This document shows, piece by piece, positions 40,831 through 47,234 of a stretch of 47,234 bases of DNA (positions within the stretch are counted from its first letter, which is position 1; each line of letters starts with the position of its first letter). Both the position numbers and the translations under genes were made by a program. Location of the stretch: the IMG/VR virus record IMGVR_UViG_3300027765_000001, positions 1 to 47,234 of that record. The stretch is one strand, 5' to 3'. Under the pieces are notes generated by a model. The model was not told the origin of the DNA. It did not search any database and saw only the letters and a list, made by a program, of their open reading frames with translations. Origin of the DNA: a virus.

Positions 40831-41112
40831 TCAGTCAGGGACCTTCGTACCGTCCGCGTAGCGGCCGGACTTGAAGCGACGCACTCCGGCATCCCACCCC
40901 TTGTTGTAGTGGGGGAGCAGAGGAGGTGTCGGGTAGCGCCGGTTCAGGATCCATGAGGGACACATGCGGCGGCGCGGACCAGGCTCTCCGGGGGCAGGCT
41001 TTTCTTCCTCGCCATAAGCGTCCACGTAGTTCGCGTGGTCCCATCCGCGCTCCGCGCCAACGTCGTACGCGCGCTGTTGCTCCTCCGTGCGCTCGGATGT
41101 GTTCTCAGGCAT
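40831..41112 (-). CDS. Hypothetical protein (93 aa)
   Basis: The leader AATGATCAAGTAGGAGAGGACCTGATC precedes the ATG. Confidence 0.5.
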   Translation of the reverse strand: MPENTSERTEEQQRAYDVGAERGWDHANYVDAYGEEEKPAPGEPGPRRRMCPSWILNRRYPTPPLLPHYNKGWDAGVRRFKSGRYADGTKVPD

Positions 41113-41139
41113 GATCAGGTCCTCTCCTACTTGATCATT

Positions 41140-41155
41140 CCTTGCGACTGCAAGG
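41140..41155. promoter_or_regulatory. Conserved 16-bp palindrome, copy B
   Basis: Read directly. It is flanked by the 13-bp hairpin 41162-41190. Confidence 0.6.
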
Positions 41156-41205
41156 CCAACAGGCAAGACGTGCGTTACGCACGTCTTGCCGATGGTCCGG
41201 CAGGG

Positions 41206-41463
41206 TCACTCAGCCGCGAGACTCGCGGCGATGTCTTGCCAGTCGATCCGATCGAAGTCGGCCCGCGAGATCTGGTAACGCGTGCCCTTGACGGCCTCAT
41301 CAGTGGACGTCCAGAACCACTTCGCCACCCAGTCCCGCAGGGTGGCGCCGGTCTCGTCACGCTGGGCCAGCTCCCGGCCCTCGAAATACAGCTCGTACGT
41401 GTTCTCCAAGAGCAGGGACACGCTGTGCGTTGCCCAGTCCTGGCCGTTGAAGGTCTCGCTCAT
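41206..41463 (-). CDS. Hypothetical protein (85 aa)
   Basis: It has the same 30-nt leader as 41112. Confidence 0.5.
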   Translation of the reverse strand: MSETFNGQDWATHSVSLLLENTYELYFEGRELAQRDETGATLRDWVAKWFWTSTDEAVKGTRYQISRADFDRIDWQDIAASLAAE

Positions 41464-41489
41464 GATCAGGTCCTCTCCTACTTGATCAT

Positions 41490-41506
41490 CCTTGCGGACT
41501 GCAAGG
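41490..41506. promoter_or_regulatory. Conserved palindrome, copy C (CCTTGCGGACTGCAAGG)
   Basis: Read directly. It is flanked by the 11-bp hairpin 41513-41537. Confidence 0.6.
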
Positions 41507-41552
41507 TCAAGGGGGTCACGGTCGGAGACCGTGACCCGATGACCGTACAGGC

Positions 41553-41657
41553 TCATTCCTCGCTGTCGTCATCGTTCTCGGCCGGCTCCGCCGGCTCAGG
41601 CTCCGGGAGCCCCGGCAGGGGCTCGAACATCCCCGCCAGGGGGTGATCCCAGAGCAT
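41553..41657 (-). CDS. Possible acidic peptide (34 aa)
   Basis: TGATG coupling. High GC3. Ends ...EPEPAEPAENDDDSEE. Confidence 0.3.
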   Translation of the reverse strand: MLWDHPLAGMFEPLPGLPEPEPAEPAENDDDSEE

Positions 41658-42067
41658 CAGAACTCCGACTCTTCCGGGTCGGAACACCAGCACGTGTCCA
41701 GTGCGCCATCCTCGTGCGCGTAGTCGTAGTCCACGTGCTTCGGAACCCACATGTCCGACCATCCGGGCACGCGGTCCGTGTCGCCGGACCGCACGCGGTC
41801 GTCCACGTACGCGCGGAGCGCGGCGAGCGCGCTCGCGTTCTCCGCGAGCGTTGCACTGTCCGCCCCTCGGGCGAACGAAGACATCAGGTACTCGCCGTCG
41901 CCCTCGTGAATCGTGCCGGTTGAAACGAACGAGTAGTTCGCCGTGTCGCCACCGTCGTTGAACCATGAGGCGATGGTGCGCGCGGTCCCGTGGTCGATCT
42001 CTTCGCCTTCACCCAGCGCGCTGATCGCGCGGGCAACGGCAGTGTCGTCACTCTCGTAACGGATCAT
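41657..42067 (-). CDS. Hypothetical acidic protein (136 aa)
   Basis: TAGGAGAGG SD. Internal start of track ORF 41657..42244. Confidence 0.5.
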   Translation of the reverse strand: MIRYESDDTAVARAISALGEGEEIDHGTARTIASWFNDGGDTANYSFVSTGTIHEGDGEYLMSSFARGADSATLAENASALAALRAYVDDRVRSGDTDRVPGWSDMWVPKHVDYDYAHEDGALDTCWCSDPEESEF

Positions 42068-42176
42068 GTCCCGTCCTCTCCTAAACGGCTCATGTGGTCC
42101 CCCGGTGGCACCCGGGGGATGGTCCGTAGGACCGACAGAGGGCACCTGCAAGAGGTGCCCTCGACTGTCCGGCGGA

Positions 42177-42503
42177 TCAGCGTCCGGTGATGCGTGAGTA
42201 GATCTCGCGCTCTTCCTCGGGCGTGAAACCCGAGAGGTGCGCACTCACGTCGCACCGCTCTCCGGTGTAGTTGTTGGACTGGAAGTTGCCGGAGTACCAC
42301 GTGTGCCCGACCTGAAGATCGGGATAACTGGACGGCTCGGTGCATCCCTCGGTGTCGATCAGGTCGGCGGCCCACTCGGCCACGGGGCCGTCGTCCACTT
42401 CGTGGGTGTGCTCGCTCGGGAAGGGCTTGCGCCCCCCGATGATCTCGCCGTCGGCGATCTGCTCGGGCTTGTAGTAGTGCTTGTAGATCGTGATCGTTGC
42501 CAT
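42177..42503 (-). CDS. Hypothetical protein (108 aa)
   Basis: TAGGAGAGG SD. Internal start of track ORF 42177..42668. Confidence 0.5.
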   Translation of the reverse strand: MATITIYKHYYKPEQIADGEIIGGRKPFPSEHTHEVDDGPVAEWAADLIDTEGCTEPSSYPDLQVGHTWYSGNFQSNNYTGERCDVSAHLSGFTPEEEREIYSRITGR

Positions 42504-42606
42504 GACCAGTCCTCTCCTACTGCTCATGTGGCCCGGGGATGGCACTCCCCGGACGGTCTGTACGACCGACAGGGCCCACGGATGTAACGCCGTGGGCCCG
42601 ACTGCC

Positions 42607-42768
42607 TTACAGGCCAAGAACGCGCCCCAGAAGGGCGCGTAGGGCCGCGTACGGATGCCTGCGGGCATCCGCCCGGCGCTCCCGCCGGAAGTCGGCGGGA
42701 GTCATCGCGCGATAGCGCGCGGCTGCGACCGCTATCGCGCGGTCAAGCTGCTCGGGGACCATGGTCAC
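42607..42768 (-). CDS. Hypothetical basic protein (53 aa)
   Basis: GTGA-coupled start inside track ORF 42607..42819. Confidence 0.4.
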   Translation of the reverse strand: MTMVPEQLDRAIAVAAARYRAMTPADFRRERRADARRHPYAALRALLGRVLGL

Positions 42769-42884
42769 GCGTCCCAGTGCCGGTACTCGGACCGGTGGAC
42801 GTAGGCCGTGCGCTCCCACGTGCCATCGACGTTGAACACGTCGATGCGCGTGCAGATCTGTCCGTACATGATCTCGTAACTCAT
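42765..42884 (-). CDS. Hypothetical peptide (39 aa)
   Basis: CAGGAGAGG SD followed by ATG. Confidence 0.4.
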   Translation of the reverse strand: MSYEIMYGQICTRIDVFNVDGTWERTAYVHRSEYRHWDA

Positions 42885-42990
42885 GATCAGCCTCTCCTGT
42901 CGATCGTGACTACTCATCAGGCAGGCAGGGACACGGCGCACTGCCAGGGTTATCACCTCGTGGCTCACCTGGTGTTACGTGCTGGTGTGC

Positions 42991-43018
42991 CCCTGCCCGC
43001 TTGACGAGACAGGGCCGG
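42991..43018. repeat. 28-bp direct repeat CCCTGCC(C/T)(G/C)(C/T)TTGACGAGACAGGGCCGG, copy 1
   Basis: 25/28 identical to 43330-43357. It overlaps terminator hairpin 43010-43032. Confidence 0.7.
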
Positions 43019-43032
43019 TTGCGCCGGCCCTG
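43010..43032 (-). terminator. Hairpin CAGGGCCGG-ttgcg-CCGGCCCTG after the first early gene
   Basis: 9-bp perfect stem located 8 nt after the stop at 43040. Confidence 0.5.
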
Positions 43033-43039
43033 CAACGTC

Positions 43040-43213
43040 TCAGAGGTACCGCGACGTTACGTCGCGGTTGTCCGCGTCGCGGACCACGATGTTCCACATC
43101 TGGCCCGTGCGCAGGTTGTCCAGGTACCCCAATCCATCCTTGCGGAAGTAGGGCGCGTTCACCGGCACGCTGTGCGCTCCGGTGTCGTCAATCCATGTCA
43201 CCGTTATGTCCAT
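43040..43213 (-). CDS. First early-block gene, hypothetical (57 aa)
   Basis: CAGGAGAGG SD followed by ATG at 43213. High GC3. Below the track cut-off. Confidence 0.5.
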   Translation of the reverse strand: MDITVTWIDDTGAHSVPVNAPYFRKDGLGYLDNLRTGQMWNIVVRDADNRDVTSRYL

Positions 43214-43230
43214 GTGCAGTCCTCTCCTGA

Positions 43231-43252
43231 CTGTCTCGTCAGAGAGGCAGGG
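43231..43252. repeat. Inverted copy (21/22) of 43330-43351, abutting the SD of the first early gene
   Basis: CTGTCTCGTCAGAGAGGCAGGG compared with the reverse complement CTGTCTCGTCAAAGAGGCAGGG. Confidence 0.7.
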
Positions 43253-43329
43253 AAGTCCGGTAAGCGCACGGGCAACCGCTTGACGCGGTTGCGGAACGAA
43301 CTCCGGGCATGCCGCCCGTACTGGGGCTG

Positions 43330-43357
43330 CCCTGCCTCTTTGACGAGACAGGGCCGG
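43330..43357. repeat. 28-bp direct repeat, copy 2
   Basis: See 42991-43018. Confidence 0.7.
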
Positions 43358-43700
43358 CGGTCCGGGCGCGTGGCGGGACGGTGGTGCGCTGTCCTCTCGC
43401 GCCGGCAGCGCCGGCCCTGCTCAGTCTGTGTGTCCGCACCTCTCGGAGTGATGCGGTACTCCCATCGCATCCAATGGGGGATGCGACTGTCCGTCCTATC
43501 CGTGACCGGTCATTGCGGGATGTCTGCCCCGCTCGGGAATCACGTCTCAGTGCCTAGCACTCACGCGCCTACGGAGTTCGTTCTCCCTGCGCACGTGGAC
43601 TCGCTGTGGGTTGTTCGCACCGGGTCGGTTCGAGCCGAAGGGCTCCATCCGCCACCCCTGCGATCCGGCCTCTCGGCCGGTCCTCCGTGGTGCTGAGACG

Positions 43701-43737
43701 ACTCTAGTGATTGATAGGTCTGTGTGACATAGGTCTG
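43701..43737. promoter_or_regulatory. AT-richest segment of the window, with two ATAGGTCTG direct repeats (43714-43722, 43729-43737) and a minus-strand TAGAGT box (43701-43706)
   Basis: Read directly. The promoter/operator or origin role is inference. Confidence 0.3.
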
Positions 43738-43923
43738 ACCGTAAAGCGATTGCAAAGAGTGTGGATCATGGGGCTGAGATGGTGAAGATCTCGTGAAAAC
43801 CACAGGTCGTGACACCTCGTGAGGCGGGAGCCTCTGGCCACGTGCGGCGCCATCGGCGCTCGCATCCGTAGATCCATGTGCGGTTCCGATGCCTCAAAGG
43901 GCACCGGATGCCCTGTCCGGGCG

Positions 43924-44911
43924 CGCGGTCTTGCACCGCGTGCCGCGGTGTGCCTCTCCCCGCGTAGAACGGGGAGGGTTCATGCACCCTCTAGCGCCCC
44001 CTGAAGCCCCGTCAAGGGGTCGAACGGGGGCGGTTGGCCCAGTGGGGCACGGGACGGCCCAAAGGCCGTCAGAACGGCGTACAGCGCTTCCGGAACGGGA
44101 GTTCCGGCATCACGGCCGGCAAGGCACCGCGCAAGCGGTGATCGGCCGGCGAAGCCTCGCGCGCGCGTACGCGCGAAGAGGGCCGCTCGCCAGAGCGGCC
44201 CGACTGTCGCCTTCAGGCGACCACTTGCGTCCTCACGCCGGACGGCGTGAGGGATCGGCCGCGAACGAGCAGCCTGCCTCGCAGGCTGTCTCGGGAGCGG
44301 TCAGTGATCGAAGATCACTTCCCGCACTGTGCCGCCGTAGGCGGCACGGGTGAGCTGTGCGGAGCACAGCGAACGCAAGCGCGATGACCACATCGAAGAT
44401 GTGGCATCGCATGATCCACACGCACAGAGAGCCGGCCTGTTGGCCGGCTCAGTGGTGTGCACCTGGTGGTGCACACACAGTGTGTGGTGCCTGGTGGCAC
44501 CACACCATGGGGCGACTGGACACCCCCTCAGGCACATAGTGCCTGGTCAGAGGGGGTGGACTGTCGCTCACGCTCCAGTCCAGGGCCTTGTCTCATTGTG
44601 CGCCGTATGGCGCACATTGTCCGATTCTGTCTCTCTTTGGCGCCGAAGGCGCCAGTTTGACCCCGGGGTTTTAAAACCCCGGGCCCTGGACTGGACTGGT
44701 CCGCCCCTGGCGGTGCGTCCCAGACCCCTTAGGAGAGCGCCGAGGGGCGCTCTCAGGGATTTGCGCCTGAAGGCGCATCTGGGCGGCCCCGACAGCCCCG
44801 AGGGGCCGCCACTGTCGCGCGTATGCGCGTGGCGCCATTCAACATAAGGTCAGCAAGTCGTGTCGTCAAGTCTCACCCTCCACTTGAGGGAGGTCGGGGG
44901 TCAGTGACCCC
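43924..44911. other. Dense array of about 25 unrelated GC-rich hairpins in non-coding DNA
   Basis: Coordinates of the individual perfect stems are listed in the first finding. No frame has coding-type GC3. Confidence 0.85.
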
Positions 44912-44927
44912 GCGCTAATCTCGGGAC

Positions 44928-45110
44928 ATGTCCACGTACGTCAAGTCCCCTGACCCGGTCGAGCCGTTGGTGAAGGTCGCGGTCTACATGTACCCGACGG
45001 AGCGCCAGAGGGTCCGTGAGCAGGCGTCCCGCCGCGGGATGGCCATGAGCGAGTACATCAAGTTCCTCATCGAGCGGGACCACCGCGGAACCCTGGACGG
45101 CCGGCCGTGA
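44928..45110 (+). CDS. Ribbon-helix-helix DNA-binding protein (regulator or small-terminase-like role possible)
   Basis: VKVAVYMYPTERQRVREQASRRGMAMSEYIKFLIERD shows a beta-alpha-alpha RHH pattern. High GC3. It is the first rightward gene. Confidence 0.55.
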   Translation: MSTYVKSPDPVEPLVKVAVYMYPTERQRVREQASRRGMAMSEYIKFLIERDHRGTLDGRP

Positions 45111-45328
45111 AGGCCCGCTTCAAGAACGAGTGCTTCATCTGCTACCGGACGATCTACCCGGGTTCCACGATCCGGAAGTCCCGTTCCGGAAAGTTCGTCC
45201 ACGACGAATGCGGTAAGGCCGCCGAGGCCAAGGCGGCCATTACAGCCGGGATCACCTTCCGGGCTCAGCAGCCGTCGTACTGGCGGGTTGGCCGCTCACC
45301 TTCGAGTCGTCGCAATCGCAGGGATTAG
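45107..45328 (+). CDS. Small Zn-ribbon-like protein
   Basis: GTGA coupling. Contains CFIC...HDEC. Confidence 0.5.
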   Translation: MKARFKNECFICYRTIYPGSTIRKSRSGKFVHDECGKAAEAKAAITAGITFRAQQPSYWRVGRSPSSRRNRRD

Positions 45329-45357
45329 ACCTGCGATTGCGCGCCGCCTTCGCGGCG
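45311..45357 (+). other. 12-bp perfect stem-loop enclosing the stop codon (45311-45341) plus a second hairpin (45342-45357)
   Basis: CGCAATCGCAGG-gattaga-CCTGCGATTGCG, followed by CGCCGC-cttc-GCGGCG. Confidence 0.7.
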
Positions 45358-45397
45358 CTGCCTGGGATTCTCGGGACTCGTCCCCGGAGCCGTACAC

Positions 45398-45419
45398 TGC
45401 TAGCACCAAAGTGCTAGCA
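45398..45419 (+). promoter_or_regulatory. Paired TGCTAGCA palindromes 14 nt upstream of the terL start
   Basis: Copies at 45398-45405 and 45412-45419, in the same 14-bp register as at 1399-1419. Confidence 0.5.
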
Positions 45420-45432
45420 GTCGGGGGGTGCA

Positions 45433-47234
45433 GTGGCCCACAGGATCGTCGGAGGGCAGTCGCCCTCCAGGGACCGCCGTCGCAGCATCGAGTCCTCCGC
45501 GCACGCGAAGGACATCATCCTGGCGGGCATACGCTCCGGGATGACGATCCGCCGGGCCTGTGAGGCCGCGGATCGCGTGGAGTCCACGTACGCCTACTAC
45601 CGCAAGCAGGACCCGAACTTCCGCAAGCTGGCGGACGCCGCGCTCCAGGCGCGGGCGGAGGGCTACAAGCCCGGCCAGGTGCCGGTGCCGGACTTCCCCG
45701 AGTTCTGCGAGAGGTACCTGAACACCAAGCTGTTCTGGCATCACCTCCAGTGGGTGGACTTGCTGGACGGCAGGGAGCCGCGCGACCTGCATCCCTCCCA
45801 GCGCTACGTCCGCGGGGACGCGGACCAGATCCTGGTGAACACCCCGCCCGAGCACGCGAAGTCGACCACGCTGACGGTCAACTACGTGACGTGGCGGATC
45901 GTCTGCGATCCGAACGTCCGGATCCTGGTGATCTCCAAGACGCAGGACATGGCGAAGAAGTTCCTGGTGGCGATCAAGGATCGCCTGGCGGAGAACGAGG
46001 CGTACGCGCAGCTTCAGGCGGACTTCGGTCCGCCGGGCGGCTTCGCCGAAGGCGCGGCCCGCTGGGCCGCGGACGCCATCTACGTGGCCGGCCGGGACTC
46101 CGGCGAGAAGGACCCGACGGTTCAGGCCGTCGGCATCAAGGGGCACATCTACGGCTCCCGCTGTGATCTGGCGATCATGGATGACTGTGTGGACCACACC
46201 AACCACCAGGACTTCGAGAAGCAGATCGACTGGATCCAGAACCAGGTGGGCTCCCGTGTGGCCGACTCCGGCGGCCGGATGCTGCTGATCGGCACCCGCA
46301 TGGAGACCACGGACCTGTACTCCGAGATCCTGAAGCCGGCGTACTACATCGAGGGGCAGTCGCCCTGGACGTACCTGACGCAGCCGGCCGTCCTGGAGTA
46401 CGCGGACGACCCGAAGGACTGGAAGACCCTGTGGCCGGTCACCAACCGGCCTCCGGTCTCCATCTCGGGCCGCAAGGCCGCGGAGGCGGCCGGCTGGCCC
46501 AGGGATGACATGTGGCCGATGTGGCACGGCGAGGCGCTGTCCGCCAAGCGCCGCAAGATGCGGGCGCGGAACTGGTCGATGGTCTACATGCAGGACCAGG
46601 TGGCCGATGACGCGATCTTCAAGCAGGAGGACGTTCAGGGCTGCGTGGACAAGGCCCGCTACCCGGGCCGCCTGATGGACGGTCAGTCCGGGCACCGCAA
46701 GTACGGCATGGACGGCGTGACCGTCATCGCCGGCCTGGACCCGGCCGCCGCCGGGTACACGGCGATCGTGGTTCTGGCGCTGGACCGCCAGACCGGGGTC
46801 CGGTGGCTAGTGGAGGTCGTCAACCGCCGGGCGCTTCCTCCGCACGAGCTGCGTGCGGAGATGAAGCGGATCACCGAGCGGTACGGCGTCACGGAGTGGC
46901 GCGTGGAGAAGAACGCCTATCAGGCGTCGATCATCCAGGACCGCGAGGTCCGGGAGTTCATGAACTCCCGCGGTGTGCTGCTGTCCGGGCATCACACGAA
47001 CTCCAACAAGTGGGATCCCGACTTCGGCGTGGCCTCGATGGCCACGCTGTTCGACGGTTGGCGCGAGGGGCGCAACCTGATCCGTCTGCCGTCGCAGACG
47101 CAGTCCGAGCCCGTCAGGGCTCTGGTGGAACAGCTCTGCGCCTGGTTCCCGGAGACCAAGGGCCTGACCGACACGGTCATGGCCCTGTGGTTCGCGGAGA
47201 TCCGCTGCCGCGAACTGATGGTCTCCGACCTCAG
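45433..47234 (+). CDS. terL: Terminase large subunit (continues at 1-266; 646 aa in total)
   Basis: GTG follows GGGGGG and an in-frame TAG at 45415. The ATPase region has NTPPEHAKST and CDLAIMDD. The frame is open to the end of the window, so it is missing from the ORF track. Confidence 0.9.
   Translation, partial: MAHRIVGGQSPSRDRRRSIESSAHAKDIILAGIRSGMTIRRACEAADRVESTYAYYRKQDPNFRKLADAALQARAEGYKPGQVPVPDFPEFCERYLNTKLFWHHLQWVDLLDGREPRDLHPSQRYVRGDADQILVNTPPEHAKSTTLTVNYVTWRIVCDPNVRILVISKTQDMAKKFLVAIKDRLAENEAYAQLQADFGPPGGFAEGAARWAADAIYVAGRDSGEKDPTVQAVGIKGHIYGSRCDLAIMDDCVDHTNHQDFEKQIDWIQNQVGSRVADSGGRMLLIGTRMETTDLYSEILKPAYYIEGQSPWTYLTQPAVLEYADDPKDWKTLWPVTNRPPVSISGRKAAEAAGWPRDDMWPMWHGEALSAKRRKMRARNWSMVYMQDQVADDAIFKQEDVQGCVDKARYPGRLMDGQSGHRKYGMDGVTVIAGLDPAAAGYTAIVVLALDRQTGVRWLVEVVNRRALPPHELRAEMKRITERYGVTEWRVEKNAYQASIIQDREVREFMNSRGVLLSGHHTNSNKWDPDFGVASMATLFDGWREGRNLIRLPSQTQSEPVRALVEQLCAWFPETKGLTDTVMALWFAEIRCRELMVSDL
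47108..47234. repeat. Terminal direct repeat, copy 2
   Basis: Identical to 1-127. Confidence 0.95.

Noticed and set aside
42896-42925. CTGATGAG on the minus strand, suggesting a hammerhead ribozyme core.
   Set aside because: There is no downstream GAAA box and no three-stem junction. The motif is better explained as a diverged copy of the TTGACGAG repeat arm.
43956-43976. Hairpin CTCCCCG-cgtagaa-CGGGGAG, which superficially resembles a type I-E CRISPR repeat (possible RNA anti-CRISPR or solitary repeat).
   Set aside because: The stem register and loop length differ from the I-E repeat as I remember it. It is one of about 25 unrelated hairpins, so the resemblance is probably compositional. 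It would need comparison with the actual host repeats.
43889-44353. 154-aa plus-strand ORF, and other track ORFs, inside the 43214-44927 region.
   Set aside because: The third-position G+C is clearly lower than in the real genes. The product is R/A/G-rich. There is no SD. The frame is explained by the hairpin array itself.
43924-44911. CRISPR array, REP-type repeat family or iteron set as an explanation for the hairpin array.
   Set aside because: There is no recurring repeat unit and no constant spacing. Every stem has a different sequence. No cas genes are present.

Overview
The window is a complete, circularly closed phage genome. Bases 1-127 are identical to 47108-47234, so the unique length is 47,107 bp. 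It is high in G+C and looks like a temperate actinobacteriophage of a Streptomyces-type host. The host inference rests on a WhiB-like gene, a DUF5753/DUF397 pair, a large serine integrase and very rare TTA codons.

All genes but one lie in two convergent blocks.
(1) The rightward late block runs 44928 -> junction -> 23309. It contains an RHH protein, a Zn-ribbon protein, the terminase large subunit (split by the linearisation point), a GH25 lysozyme, a portal candidate, a 1635-aa virion protein, NlpC/P60 and SLT wall hydrolases, scaffold, HK97-fold major capsid, a beta-helix tailspike, fibre/tail proteins, a PG-binding protein and a holin. I see no tape measure or tail-tube genes, so the architecture is podovirus-like.
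(2) The leftward early block runs 43213 -> 23413. It holds about 50 mostly small genes chained by ATGA/GTGA/TGATG overlaps. They include a ParB-like nuclease, HTH proteins, the serine integrase with a candidate attP, WhiB, a Cas4-like nuclease, a C5 DNA methyltransferase, a lipoprotein/membrane pair, a DnaB-like ATPase, DUF2493, a split DnaG-type primase and MazG.

The blocks converge on back-to-back terminators (23329-23382). They diverge from a 1.7-kb non-coding region (43214-44927).

The most unusual content is non-coding:
- a roughly 1-kb array of about 25 unrelated GC-rich hairpins (43924-44911), with smaller arrays at three other intergenic sites;
- a tRNA-like gene with canonical acceptor, D and T arms but a 30-nt anticodon arm (37731-37816);
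- paired GCTAGCA palindromes in front of the portal, capsid and terminase genes;
- several families of repeated leader cassettes in the early region.

The many long ORFs in the track that lie antisense to or out of frame with these genes are high-GC artefacts. Every functional call comes from motifs I recognise by eye. No database search was possible.
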